Counted from the whole stretch's first letter, positions 1-12,675 are shown. The stretch: 62,572 nucleotides of DNA, filler included, from Rhabdomonas costata (GCA_019059605.1; 28 parts of 28 records of this genome joined end to end with filler, not necessarily neighbours in it); one strand, 5' to 3'. Program-made: numbers and translations. Notes: a model not told the origin generated them from the sequence alone.

Positions 1-2140
1 GTGTGTTTGTTGCGGTTGGGGTGGATGGGTTCGTGTGTCGGAGTGTGATGGTTGATGCTAGTGCTGTGTTGGTGCATTTTCCTCTCTCTGTTGCTGGTGT
101 TGTGGGTGTTGGTGGGTTGAGTGGTGACGTTGATGCTGTGGTGGAGTGCTGTGAGGGTGTGAGGGTGTGAGGGTTGGTGATGTGATGGTTTCTTGCGCTA
201 GTGGTGTACTTGGTGATGCTGGTGTCTGTACTGCTTCTGTAACGCTTCTTTTTGTGGATTCTGATGGCTGTGTTTCTGAGGGCGTAGGGATGGTGGGGGG
301 GGTTGCGTGTTGGAGTCGAGGCGTAGATGTCAACATCCAACCAGGTATGAGATAGTGAAAGAAGTGTATTCTATCTACGATGCCCTTCCTGTATTCCATG
401 CTCCGTTCTTACCCTCTACCTTCAACGTAAACTTGAGTGATGGTATTGGCTGTGGCTACGCCAGGAAGGAGCATCCTGTTAGCCCCTTATGTGAGTGAAA
501 GGATGCGAAGTGACAGGTGGGGTGAGAATGCAGACGACAGGATGGTATACTGGTCGCATGGTCGCTTCGCTCCCATGCTACCTCTATCCTACTCCGCATT
601 CTCGGGACCTCAAATGCTGCGTGTAAGAGAAGATCAAGACCCCCTACGGCAACGCTCGCGCTACGCTCTTCACTCCTACGTCGTTCCTCGCTCCGCTCGT
701 AATGCGTTGTTCATTCGCTCCAAGCTACACGGTACGCTACTTCACCTCTATTCCTCTTCCTACTCGCTACGCTCGTGTCTTCTGTCGGAATGCTCACTCC
801 ACCTCCTCACCTCCACCTCCTCCAAAGAAGCCCGGAATGAAACGGAATGGGGTCGATGGAGGATTGCTTGGAAGGGAAAAACACCCGAACACTTCATGTA
901 AAAAAAATTCGATTCAATTCTAGCACACTACCATATGGGAGCAAGGGCCAAAAAAAATAACAAGTGAGGGGTCGGCGCGCCGCGTGCAGCGCCAAAGTGT
1001 CCCGAAACTAAGTGGCGTTCAATTGGTGTTAACTTATTTCACGACTCTAAATGTGCTCGTTTTGGCCTCAAATCGGTTGTTTAGAGCCTCCGAAACGTGT
1101 TTTGTGTTTACCGATCATAAAAATGTGTGATAGGTCTTTTTTAGCCATTGAGTTGATTTCGACTTTGTTAATAATCCGAAAACACGATTTAAGCGTTTTT
1201 CGAGAAAAACTTCGGCATGTTTGCGAACTAAAAAGTTTTTTAATGAGGGTAGTAGAGTAGTTTTTGCCCGTGCTTGCAGACCATATCTTGAAACATTGAC
1301 CACTTTGCGCAACAAAATCTGAGCTCATCACACAAAGAAGGACACGCAGACAACCTTGCATTCTAACTAAACCTATTACTCAACTTACCACGTTTGTTCC
1401 CCACTTCATTTCGTTTCGGGAAGAACTCACCTTCGGATCCACGTTGTGACTAGTGAGCTGGAAGAATTCTAGAACGTTAGAGAAACAAACGGGCAAAGGA
1501 AAAGACAACAACAAAGCCCAGAAAACGGGAACGCCGTGGATTACCGTCGTCGTTGTCTTTCATTTCCGCTTCTAGCGGTTGTTCGGCTTTGGTATTCTCT
1601 TGGTTCGTCCTGCTCTTCCTTCTTCGTTTTTAATGCGGGGACAACGAAATTGCAATTTTCAATTTTCTGGCCGCAGGGGGGAAATGGACACCTGGTGGCC
1701 TGAACCGGCTGTCAATTCATGACGGCAGGTCATTCCAACTCTACCGCAGGCAACCGAAAACCAACACCAACCCCCAAAAATAAAACAAACATTGGTTGCT
1801 TTTTTGGGCTGTTCCTACTGCTCCTGCAAGAAAACGTGGCTTTTTTGAGATCATTCAAAAAACGTGCTTTTGCTTTTTGGCATTGGAAGCCAATGGTGTT
1901 ATACAACAAAACCCAATTTTTTGGGACAAGGTGCAAAAAATAAAACTGGGAAAAATTTTAAAACAACGCGCGGCTCTGGAGGCATGAATTACCCCGATTC
2001 AACGGTCCGGGTCACCAAGGTTCCTCATTGCAGAGGTAGACAGCCAGGACATCAAGGTGTTTCCAGAGACTAGTTTCAAGAGATTTCATACAGTTTCAAG
2101 AGACCATAGCGCACGCACCCAATCCTTGCAACCCACCAAC

Positions 2141-2240
2141 NNNNNNNNNNNNNNNNNNNNNNNNNNNNNNNNNNNNNNNNNNNNTTAATTAATTAANNNN
2201 NNNNNNNNNNNNNNNNNNNNNNNNNNNNNNNNNNNNNNNN
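2141..2240. other. Artificial contig-joining spacer (N44-TTAATTAATTAA-N44), first of 27
   Basis: The same 100-bp block recurs every ~2.24 kb (starts at 2141, 4381, 6621, 8860, 11097 ... 58107, 60343). TTAATTAATTAA gives stops in all six frames. The flanking contigs are unrelated. Confidence 0.99.
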
Positions 2241-2780
2241 GTGTTGGGGGGGGAGGGGAGGGGGTGCAGTATCGTGACTTTTGCCGATGTACGTTTCCCA
2301 TAGAGTTTCTTCTAGTGGAGTTCGGTGGCGCTGCACGCTTCCCGAGGTCTCGATAGTCTACTAGGGCGGAGTTAGGTGGTGAAGCCAGCGTTCCCACGTC
2401 TTTTCCTGAATGTCCCAAGATCGAAAGTATTTATGCGAGAGGAAGTGAGAGAGAGGGGGGGTGCACATGGCCGGAGAATCGCCAATGTAAGTGGCCCAAG
2501 GATGCCAACTCAGTGCGTACACAGACGCCACTGCTGCTGCCGCTGCTGCACTCGAAGCTTTTCTCCAGTCACTTCCTCTTTGCTGTTTCTATGCAGAAAA
2601 TTGGAATCATTTCTCGCTGGAAGGGGGCTGGGTGTCACAGCATGCAAATAAAGTTCCAAGGTTAAAGCATCTCTAGGTTAGTCATCATAAGTTTGACTAG
2701 GCTGGCTCCTGCTTCATTTTATTTTCAGTGAAGAACACATTCAGCGATTGAGAGCTGCCCAAAACCCAATCTCTGCTCAG

Positions 2781-3793
2781 GCCACGAGTCGGGACGTGCC
2801 TTGTGTGAGTTGTTGAAGGCCAGCACCACGCTGCGGCGGCTGGACCTTACGGGGAACGTCCTTGGGGAGCAGGTCGGCACGGAGCTGCTGGACGTCCTGG
2901 AGACGAACACCACGGTGAGCCGGGAGCCTCCTTATTCTCTTTTATCCCGCTTCCAGTGATGTCATTTCAATGATTCCAATGTTCACATCCGTCCAGAAAG
3001 GTCTAGTACACAGGTTAGACGAAATAACAAATCCCAATTGAAAGAAATTCCCCGATTCACCCAACATTTTTCGGAGGGGGGGGGAGGGGGGAGCATAATC
3101 GCCGTATAACCGACTGTCAAATCTTTCTTGGCAATCCCCAAGAGTTCGATGGAGATATCAACCCCTTTAACGGCAACCACCCGCAAACGCTTCCTCCTGG
3201 GGGTGTTGCCCCAAATCCAAACATTTGCTCCTTTGCTGGAGCCCAGCTTATTTGGAAGAATTAATTTAATTGATGCGGGTGACTGAAAGAACTGAAGACA
3301 GTCGCTTTACCCTGTGCCCCATTCTGCGGAAGTACACAATGGGTGGCCGGAAAGCGAGCACCAAGGATTTGGGGATCTCGGCATCCTAAAATACACGTCC
3401 GGCTACCCTGCGAGATGCACCACTGCTACCTCTCATCACCTTTGTGGAAACAACATTTTTTGGGTGCCTTGGAGAAGCTTTCTTTGTATTTCGAGTTCAG
3501 CTCCCGGTGGTTGGCTGCATCGGGCAACAGGGCTTTTTTGTTTCTGTTGTTGTTGCTGTGATTGTGCTCGCTGGAGCCCGTTGTGCACCAGTACGTCTAC
3601 ATGTTACCTGCACGCATTCACAATACCTAAACAGCTGCACTCCCCCAAGGTCAGTTTCGTGACCGTCGTACATCAGTTTCCCGTTCCCGTTCTTTTGCAG
3701 CTGCGATCTTTGGACGCCCGGATGTCTGGGATCAATGTGGACCTGCTGGAGCTGATCTCCGAGAAGCTTAGGGAGAGGACTCGACCGTTTTGA
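2781..3793 (+). CDS. Leucine-rich-repeat protein (RI-like, possibly DRC5/TCTE1-like), last two exons 2781-2914 and 3701-3793
   Basis: A phase-0 GT-AG splice gives HESGRALCELLKASTTLRRLDLTGNVLGEQVGTELLDVLETNTT|LRSLDARMSGINVDLLELISEKLRERTRPF*, with the LxxLxLxxNxLG motif. The DRC5 resemblance is from memory only. Confidence 0.75.
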
Positions 3794-4725
3794 GTCCTTT
3801 GTACTCAAATCGCAGGCCCCCGCAACCCCTATGAACCCGAGCTCACACTCCTTTGGCCCGCCAGGTGCCAGGTATGCCGGTTTCAATGCCCCTACTACTG
3901 CCCTGCTCCACCACTACTCTGCACAATTTCCATTACTGTGGGTCGGTCGGTCGTTTGTGCTGTGCATGTCGATGTGCGTTGACTCTGTCAATTGCTGAGA
4001 GAAACAATGGCGTTGTGGGAGCTGGTCGCGTTCAAGCAGAAGTATTTTGTAACGTTGTTTTATTCAAAAAAATCCTCCCCGGACTAGTTTCGCTGGTTCA
4101 AGTTTGTTGTTGGCGAGAGGCAGCGCCGCAGCGGCAGGAGCGGGTGGCTGAAATTGGGACGCGGCCTCGGGTATTAATATGAACCTAGACGTTGAAAGCA
4201 TGACATAAAACATTGCACACGTGGGAGGTACCTGCAACAATGCACACGTGGCAGGTACCTGCTTAGGTGGACACCCCTTGACTAGTTTCAGAGGAATTGC
4301 AACCGTATGCGCGATAACGCTGTTTTACATAACGTCGCCGTACGGTACATGTCACACCCCCACCCCAGCTCAACAAACACNNNNNNNNNNNNNNNNNNNN
4401 NNNNNNNNNNNNNNNNNNNNNNNNTTAATTAATTAANNNNNNNNNNNNNNNNNNNNNNNNNNNNNNNNNNNNNNNNNNNNTTGTGGGTTTCTTGCGGCTT
4501 CTTCCCGGAGTGCATGGGGATGCATGTTGTATACTTGGGTAGGGGGGGTGCACGTCGTATACGAGCGCCGGTGTTGCATATTGTGCATATATTTGAAAGG
4601 TGTTGCATAACTGTCGTTTCTGGTCTGGATTTCTCGAAGCGTTATTCCTATTTGCTCATCTCTTTCCATGTCGTATTTCCGTTTTCCATTGCCCTGCGTT
4701 CACTTGCTATTTGTGTCCTGCAAAG

Positions 4726-5011
4726 GCTGCAAAGCCAAGGCTGCTTCAGGTCAAGGCGGAGGTCGAAAAGGTAAGGCCCTTTGTTGTCCCTTGACCTTAC
4801 TTTCGTTATTACTTGGTCTTGGATTACACTTCACGCGTGTCATTTCGCAGCTTCGATCAGAAAACAAGTTCCATGGCGTGATGGCCTACGATGTTCCCCA
4901 CGTATGAAAATTTGATGATGAAAGACACCACTTTTTTCTACCCCGTTAACCCATCTCAGCACACTTCCATTTGCTTGCGCAGTTCAAGGTTGACTATGAG
5001 AAGCCGGGGAT
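4726..5011 (+). CDS. Uncharacterised protein, three mini-exons 4726-4770, 4851-4901, 4983-5011
   Basis: Two ~80-nt GT-AG introns join in frame: AAKPRLLQVKAEVEK|LRSENKFHGVMAYDVPH|FKVDYEKPG. Confidence 0.55.
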
Positions 5012-7107
5012 GTACGAGTACTCCACTTGGTTTGGGAAGTACGTGCCCCGTACGTGGCAGTACGGCTACGTAGCCCCGGAGGAGGAGTAATCTCCCCCTT
5101 TCCTGCGAGCCACACGTCGTGATCCAGTGCCTGAACTTTCCCTGGAGGTACTCAGCGTTGAGCGAAGTCGGGAAGGAGTTTTAGGACTGAGCGTGACTTT
5201 TTTCGTCACTTGTTCCCTTTTCTGGTCCGCAGGGTGAGGCGCAGCGCTGGGAAACCACGAGGCGAGCATACCGCTTGTCCAGACTAGACTGTGCTGTGGT
5301 TTCCTTATATATACTCCCGTGCGTTCGGCAGTGTTGCGGGTTTTTTCTGCTGTGATGCTTGGTACTGCGCCGCGCCGTATTCCTCCTTTTTCTCGCTTTT
5401 TGACGTGGGCATCGTTCTCCAACTGAATTGTGCTATCAATGCGTCCAGAGGTTAAAATTTTTAAGTGAAGTCGTACAAAGTAATGCACACCAGCAAATAA
5501 CGAGGTACTGGAGGGATTAAGAGAGAATGGAACCCCCGTTAATTGATTGATTAAGCCGAAACAGAATAATTGAGACTGCAAACGACAAAGGGAAAACCAC
5601 CGACAAAAAAAGGCTTGTTCCCGCGTATCCCGGCGGGGTGATATGGGGCGAGTAATAATGCCTGCGGTGAGCGCGCGACGTTGTAAGGGCAAAGCCAAAT
5701 AATGCCGTCGTCTTCTACTTTGCAATAGGACTTTTGACGCATGCAAGCCTCTCAAGCAGCATCTCCTGGACGGTTACAGTGTCCTTTCAATCCTAACACG
5801 GCGACGCGCGCACAACCTTTTGCCGAAAATGCCCGCTGTGTTTTTGTGCTTCGTCTTTCCATCTTCTATAGGTGTTCTCCCCGTGCGTTGCCGTGGGGGG
5901 CTTTGGTCATTTTTCGCAGCCCGCGCCCGCGAGACTTGCGGCTTCCCCCCTTTTTTTTGCCTTCCCCCCGCCATCCCTATCACCTGAAGCGTTCTTCGGC
6001 TCAAAAAAAAACGGGTATTTCGGGAACAGTCCGGTTGCTCCCACCTTTGACGGTGGTGATGCCTCCGGAAATCGCCGTCGAGCGTCCCTTCTCTGAAAAT
6101 GGAGACACCTGAATTTACCAAGCAGGTTTGGAATCTGGTAACCTTTGGGGGCAAAGATTCTGCAAATGAAAAAGGGGAAGGGGTTGAGAGGCACGTGTGG
6201 CTCTGGTGGAGCTCCTCTGGACGCGGGTGGGTTCGAATTTTCCGACCTCACGGTTCACACCTTCTGGGTTCCGCCGGGCGGGTCTCGCCGTACGTGGCCG
6301 GGGCAAACCCACCGCCGTCCGTACCTTCTGCATCGCCTCCTAGTATCCGCTCGGCTCGGCTCTGGTTCTTATAGGGCACATTTCCAACAAGAAAAAAACC
6401 CGAAAAAAAGCTCGAAATCAAACGATCTGACAACTTTTTCGTTTTCCGCGGTACCAAACGTAATTTTGAAATCCTGACATAATAATGGACCATCACCTTT
6501 GATAATGCCGGAGTAATAACACGAGTTCTCCGCCCGCATCCCTTGTCTTTTCCCTTGTCTGTAAAAATCTTCTGACATCTCGGCCCCCTCGGCCCTTTCA
6601 ACTGTAAAAAACCCAAAAACNNNNNNNNNNNNNNNNNNNNNNNNNNNNNNNNNNNNNNNNNNNNTTAATTAATTAANNNNNNNNNNNNNNNNNNNNNNNN
6701 NNNNNNNNNNNNNNNNNNNNGGGTGTTTTTCAAGGACATGATCCACATGCCCAAATACCGAACCACTTGACGTCCCGGCCTGCCCCCGCTCTTTTTCGCA
6801 TTCCCATCTTTACAAGCCCTGTGAAGTCAAGAGGCCCAGAACACTCAGACAGCACAAAGCTGCCTTGGGGGGGGGGTGGTTGCCGTCCCGGTCCTCTGGC
6901 AGTCGATTCGACTCCCGGAGTGATGGCAAGCATTTATGCCAGGTGCCTTCCGGCTACGGATGCCGCAGCGCGTTCACGTTTTTGAAGCCCTGCGTGGCCA
7001 CGTGGTTCCGGCTAACAAATTCCGTCACCTTAGTTCCCGAACTCACGATCGGTAGTCTTGGCTGGAACTGCTGGCACCGCAGTCATCCGCGCTTGAGCAG
7101 CGGCAGC

Positions 7108-7162
7108 AGCAGCAGCAGCAAAGTTAGATGCAGAGACAGCATCTAACTTTGCTGCTGCTGCT
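7108..7162. repeat. Perfect 24-bp inverted repeat with 7-nt loop
   Basis: AGCAGCAGCAGCAAAGTTAGATGC-agagaca-GCATCTAACTTTGCTGCTGCTGCT. Confidence 0.95.
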
Positions 7163-7581
7163 CAGAGTGGTACGTGTATGTGTGTGCGTGTGCATTTGTG
7201 TGGTTACCGCAGCAACCAGCACGACGGCACAGCCACCTCAAACCATTTTCGTTCCTGCAAGGATATAGCACAGCTCTACAATGATCCAAAATACTGCAAC
7301 CAACGCTCCGAAAGAAAACCTCGATGTCAGCGTTTTGCTTCGGCGCCTTTTTACCGGCCACCCCCAGCGGATGGCATCCTTTCACCGCTCACCGGGTTGC
7401 ATTCAGACACCGGAATGTTGGGCTGTTACTGCAGTCTAGCTGTATTCCACTCCTTCCATGAAGAGGCCTGTAAAAACTGCTCCAAAGCAGCGCCACAGAG
7501 AGAACCCATACTCTCGAACAACCACCGCATCAGACAGCGCGCAGTCCGGGCTCAACACTAAACAAAAGCGAAGCACGAAAC

Positions 7582-8435
7582 CTGAGCAAGAGCCTGGCTC
7601 TGGGCCAGGTCTTTTGTGGCTTGAGCCTGGGCATCTCGGAGCTTCTGCAGCTCGGCCTCGAGACCGGCGGAGGAGTCCCCCGACTGCTTCAGCTTGGCCT
7701 TCGCCTCGGCTTTCTCGGCAGTGGCTGCGTCCAGCTGCTGCCGCAATGCCTAAACCACACCATTTCCGAGTCATATAATCCACCACACACCTAAGATTCC
7801 GAAAACAAGGAAGAGGAGGAAGCCTGATCTAGGTAATGTTGGGTCATTTGCGATGGGCCGTCATAGCTACGAAGTAGATTAGAGAAAAAAGGCAGGATCA
7901 CCAAAAAGAAACAAATTTGCCCAATTAAAAAAAGAAGCGAAATCTCGTGGAAAGAACTGAAGGAACCAGCGTTTCCCTGAACACATTCAGCGATTCTTGC
8001 GCTTTTCGAATTCGAGCGACTGCCCAACAACTCTTCGAATTCCTTTGGCTTCCGTCATACACTCGATGAATGCGCCTTTTCTCGCAGGGGTGACATGGCA
8101 ATATACCCCAAAACAGGATCCCTGGGATGGTTAATCATTTCGCCTTATCTTCTGCCTCGTTCCAACTCAATTCGGGCAATTGGGGCGAGCAGTCTGGACC
8201 GCTGTTAATCTGCGATGGTGCCATTTCTTCTTGAGCGCTATCCAAAGCAAATCCGGAGGCCACGATGGTGCGGTTTGCCCCATCACCTTTTCATATCCTT
8301 CTAACGACCAGCACACACCTCGAGGGCGGCCTTGTGGTCCTTCTCCTTTCCTTCAGCGGCCGAGAGCAGGCTCTCGCACTTCAGCTGGGACTCGTCCAGG
8401 GCGCGTAGAACGGAGTCCAGCTGGGCTTGGGTTTC
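7582..8435 (-). CDS. Coiled-coil protein, exons 8435-8319 and 7749-7582
   Basis: A phase-0 GT-AG join gives ETQAQLDSVLRALDESQLKCESLLSAAEGKEKDHKAALE|ALRQQLDAATAEKAEAKAKLKQ...QALAQ, with heptad-like composition. Confidence 0.7.
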
Positions 8436-9174
8436 CTGCGATGGGAGGTGACAAAAACGTCAACTGATGTGCACATGTTACTGATATCGATGAGATCTAT
8501 GTGGGAGCTACAACACTTTCTCGGTGGGGGGTGGGGCGGTAAGCGTCAGCAGTGCTAAACATGTGTAAATTTGATCACACGCAAGAATACAAGAATAGAA
8601 CTTTTGCAGATTCCAGCGAAACACACAGTTGTTCATTGAGAAGGCAAACCCTTCCCCCCCGAAGGACGCTCCACAGTAGAGCATTTGAAAGCAAAATTTA
8701 ACCTGACCCCAGTCCTCTCACTAAAATAATGAGCTGGGATCAGCGAGAGGCTCATGCGTAATTCATGCACAATTTCCAGCATACAAACTGTACGCATCAG
8801 TGGATGGATCCCACTTTCCCGCAGTTTATGCTGTCCATATCCACCTCTTCCCATCGCTCNNNNNNNNNNNNNNNNNNNNNNNNNNNNNNNNNNNNNNNNN
8901 NNNTTAATTAATTAANNNNNNNNNNNNNNNNNNNNNNNNNNNNNNNNNNNNNNNNNNNNGGGGTTTGTTGCGCCGGGATTTCGTTTTGTGACAATTGCTT
9001 CGGTCTGGGGCCTGCACGTGTCCTCCCTCCCGCTGTGTTATCAATTGGTTTGCTCTTGCCAGGAAGGTTATGCATTTTCAGTTTGGATGCCGTGAAATAA
9101 GAGAGGCCATTTGCTATGCTAATCCGCGCGTGTGCATGTGCAGGGCAGGAGTGGCATGGGTTATTTTGGCACAG

Positions 9175-9346
9175 CGGGCTCTCTGGCGGCGCCATTGCGG
9201 GAATTGTGGTGGGCACTGTTGTTGGGTTCGCTCTCGTTGTGCTTGGGGCTGTGGTTGTCATGCGCCACCACCTCCGCACCCGCCACGCACCATCCGCTGG
9301 CCAAGTCCAGTCCGTCTCTGGTGGCCGAGCCAACAATGGTCCATGA
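9175..9346 (+). CDS. Terminal exon of a single-pass type I membrane protein
   Basis: After a CAG acceptor it reads GLSGGAIAGIVVGTVVGFALVVLGAVVVMRHHLR...*. This is a typical LSGGAIAGIVVG transmembrane motif followed by basic residues and a short tail. Confidence 0.8.
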
Positions 9347-11292
9347 CTTTTTCCTCCCTCCCCGATATGAACTCACTTTGGTTTTGCGACGGAGCTGCTG
9401 GCGCATTCGGTGTTGCATTCGGAGTTATTGGGCATTCCAGTTGCATCGAGTCGACACTAGCGTGATGCACGTGTGAAATCTCCCGGTAATCTGTGTGGTG
9501 CAGTAGTGCACGTGAGAGGATTTGGTTGGCCACTTTTGGTCCTCCGACCCCGGAAACGTAAGTTTCCAGCGATACAGTTATTGGCCTAAATACCAAGCCT
9601 GTGCTTTCGGACGGCTTAGCGCGTTGAACAAAGCGGTGTTTGCGGTGCGTGAAAATAGGGTCAAAGGGGTAGACTCGCCTGGGCGTTATAGGCTGAGGTG
9701 GCGAGGGACGAACTTGGGCGGAGAACGAGCTGTTAAGAACATGCTGGCGTCGTAATAACCCGGATTGCTTTGGTTCCAGTCTTGTGCCATGTTGCAAATG
9801 CTCGGGAGGGCATTTGGACGATTTCCGGGCTGTATACTGAGGCCTGCCTTTGCCCTCTTAAATCGGGCCGGTCAGTAAATTCTTCCGTTTTACCGTCACT
9901 CTCATCCTTGGGTCGGGACTGGTTTTCCGGGGCCCCGTGCTCCGCGGCGGCTGGTCTCCGACCCTAAAATAAGGTCGATCCAATCGATCCGTTAAGTCTC
10001 AATCCGGTTTGCATCCCCCCCAGCACGCACCTGACTTTCTTACTAGTTACACAAAAAATACCAGATTTAGTTACGAGTTTCCAGTTTCCACTGAGTTCCT
10101 GGGAATCCTCCAAATGTCGTGGGCTTTCGCTTTCGTTCGAGCGGGACCATGGTTGTTACGTATGCGTTCTGAGTGGGCGATGACATCAACCTTATATTTT
10201 ATTTTTGTTTGTACCGGAAAGGGGTTCGTAAATATATCAGACAACAGAAATCTATATCAATATCAGCAAATCTATGTCAGATATCAGATATCCTTTCCGG
10301 TAGTATGTCGTGTGTGTTGTTCACTTTCACAGCGCCCTCGTACCACCTGACCGCGGCGGAGGAGGGGACGGCCGACATTGACATTACCTCCAGTGTGACC
10401 GGCGGCCACCGAAATGCAATCGGCTGAAACATGCGCCCCATAATTCTCGGGTGAGGGGAACCTTTTGGACCGCGCTAACATTCGGAATAATGTTCTGTAA
10501 TGCTGTGTTCGCTAAGCCAGGTTTTTGGCAACCAAGAAAAAAGAAGGTCAAATTTCGCATCGTGCGTGCGGGTCCATAAAGTGGGACACATAGTGGGAAA
10601 CCGAAGAATGCCGATAAAGGTTAAAAACCAGGACCTATGGTTCGACGGATATTATTATGATTAAAGGGTTTTGCTCAAATGTCTGTTCACAGGTACCCAT
10701 ACGCACACTCGGCCAAATCCTCCTTTGGTAATTTTCTTTATTTTAGTCAAATATGGCATTAATTGTGCCAATAAAAATTCAAAATGTGACGTGCGAATGT
10801 AACGATTGCCTTGAGCCTTTTGAACCCCACCGTGCGTTTGCCTTTGTTTTAAATTGCTAAAGGTTATCACCGAATAGTTCGACTCGGCTGCGACCCAATT
10901 TGTTGTGGTGATAAAAATTAGTCCGTAACTTTTTCGTAAGTCAGTTGATTTGATTGTCACAATGGTGACGTTAACCTTCGACCGTATTGGTGTTTGGGCT
11001 TGAAGGTTGAAGCTGTTTGTGTTGAAGAAAGGGTTTCTGTACTATGTTCCCCCCAAATTACGATATGGTGAAAACATGTTTGCACCCCCCCCCCCCNNNN
11101 NNNNNNNNNNNNNNNNNNNNNNNNNNNNNNNNNNNNNNNNTTAATTAATTAANNNNNNNNNNNNNNNNNNNNNNNNNNNNNNNNNNNNNNNNNNNNCCGT
11201 GGGGTATCTGGACAAAATCAAGGCTTGAAAAGCGGATGATGGTTTGTTGCGCCTGTCCCTTTCCCCCTTCCAGTCCACACGAACACGTGCAG

Positions 11293-12675
11293 GTGGCACT
11301 TCGACAATTCGCTGCTGCAGCTGCCCCACCTGGAGAAGAGGCATCTCCCTGCACTGGTAGCTTCCCTCAAAACCGAGTGAAACTCTGTCTGTACCACCTC
11401 TTTTCTTGTGTTTTGTTCGCTGGCTGCCTTGAGAGAACAAAAATGATGGCGCTGTTGTATTTTTTCGTCATGGGGGGCGTCGAACGTTTAACGCCGTTTG
11501 GCCTGTAATGCTGTGAAATCTGCGAACCCTTGAACGGTGGAAACTTAAAAAAATCATCGCATTGCCTTTTTTGCGGACCCTGAACTTTCTGCGCGCTGCT
11601 GCCGTGATTCTCTTTCTAAGAAAATTGTCATCTAGGGGGAGCAGTCGCACGGTACACCTAACCCCTTTCGGCAAATTAACATCATCTTCTGGGGTACAGG
11701 CACACTACCTTGTCCCCTGCTTGAAAATTAATGTCACCAAATCCCGAAGAACACCATTTACACCGTTAAACGCCAAAAGTCAGGGCTTTGAGCTAATTCC
11801 CGAGTTGCAATATCGTTGTGTCAATTGTGTACACCTAGGAGGATGAGTTTGTGAGTGACGTGGGTTCTGCGGAATTTTTGGCGCCCGCAGGCTGCCCGGG
11901 GCATCACGTGTCTGCCGGAGTTCCTGTGGACTCCTCCGGCGCAGCAATACGCGGCCATCGCCGAGCTCTTCCGCGGTTCCGAGGACGAGCACCTTTTTAC
12001 TGTGACGCATGAGGTTGACCACCCGCCCTTCTCGCCCCCTTGCAAGCGCCACTAACCCATTCCAGTGATTCCGTTGATTGTTTTCTTTTGCTTTTGTAGT
12101 GTCTTTGTGTGCGTCTGTGCGCGCATCTGCACGTCTTCGCGGATGGCGAACTGTGAGAGCGATGGTGCAGAAGGGATTTTTATGCGGGCATGTGGGAGTT
12201 ATTCCCAGAAAAGTGCGCAAGAAGTCTCTGCACCACAATATCAGAATGGCCCAAGGCACTGTACCAACGCAGAAGGGTTCGTGGAAAGTGTTCTCATCGC
12301 GCGCCAGTTGGACTGGGTGTTTCCAAGGTCCTGTGAACATTTTTCCACAGGTCGTCCAAAGGTTGTCTGCCCTGCGCAACAAGAGCGAATGACACAGCGA
12401 GCCAAAAGTGGCCAGAAAAGGGAGTGAGGGCCCATGTCCCGTTGAGTGTGTCCTTGCAAGAAGTTCGTGTGCATATGTGGTGGAACCTTTATGCGTGGGG
12501 AGATTGGGGGTGGGGTGTTTTCCATGAGGTGGTGGATGCCGCCCGGCGGTTTCCCCGGGTGGACGTGAAGTTAGGGGTGACCGTGAATTACCCTGAGCTC
12601 TCGGAGGAGGAGATGCAGGAGGGAGGGGTGTGCCCGCAGGTCGAGCTCAGCATCGAGCTTACTCGACGGTCCAGG
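11293..12675 (+). CDS. ASCC3: ASCC3/Brr2-family helicase, Sec63-domain exons 11293-11356, 11891-12013, 12529-12675
   Basis: In-frame splices give WHFDNSLLQLPHLEKRHLPAL|AARGITCLPEF...VTHE|VVDAARRFPRVDVKL...VELSIELTRRSR. This fits the Sec63 unit pattern W...S.LLQLPH ... P.I.V. Confidence 0.72.

Noticed and set aside
2185..2196. Regularly spaced TTAATTAATTAA that looks like an array or regulatory repeat
   Set aside because: It is always embedded in N runs, so it is an artificial six-frame-stop linker. No gene-neighbourhood inference across it is valid.
6198..6245. tRNA-like A box (TGGCTCTGGTGG) and B box (GGTTCGAAT)
   Set aside because: The spacing is too short and I could not build a cloverleaf. 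At most it is a decayed SINE head.
5066..6616. Several overlapping long ORFs (likewise 25275-25989 and 45473-46219)
   Set aside because: No coding bias, no recognisable motifs and no phase-consistent splice sites. Probably repeat-derived or intergenic.
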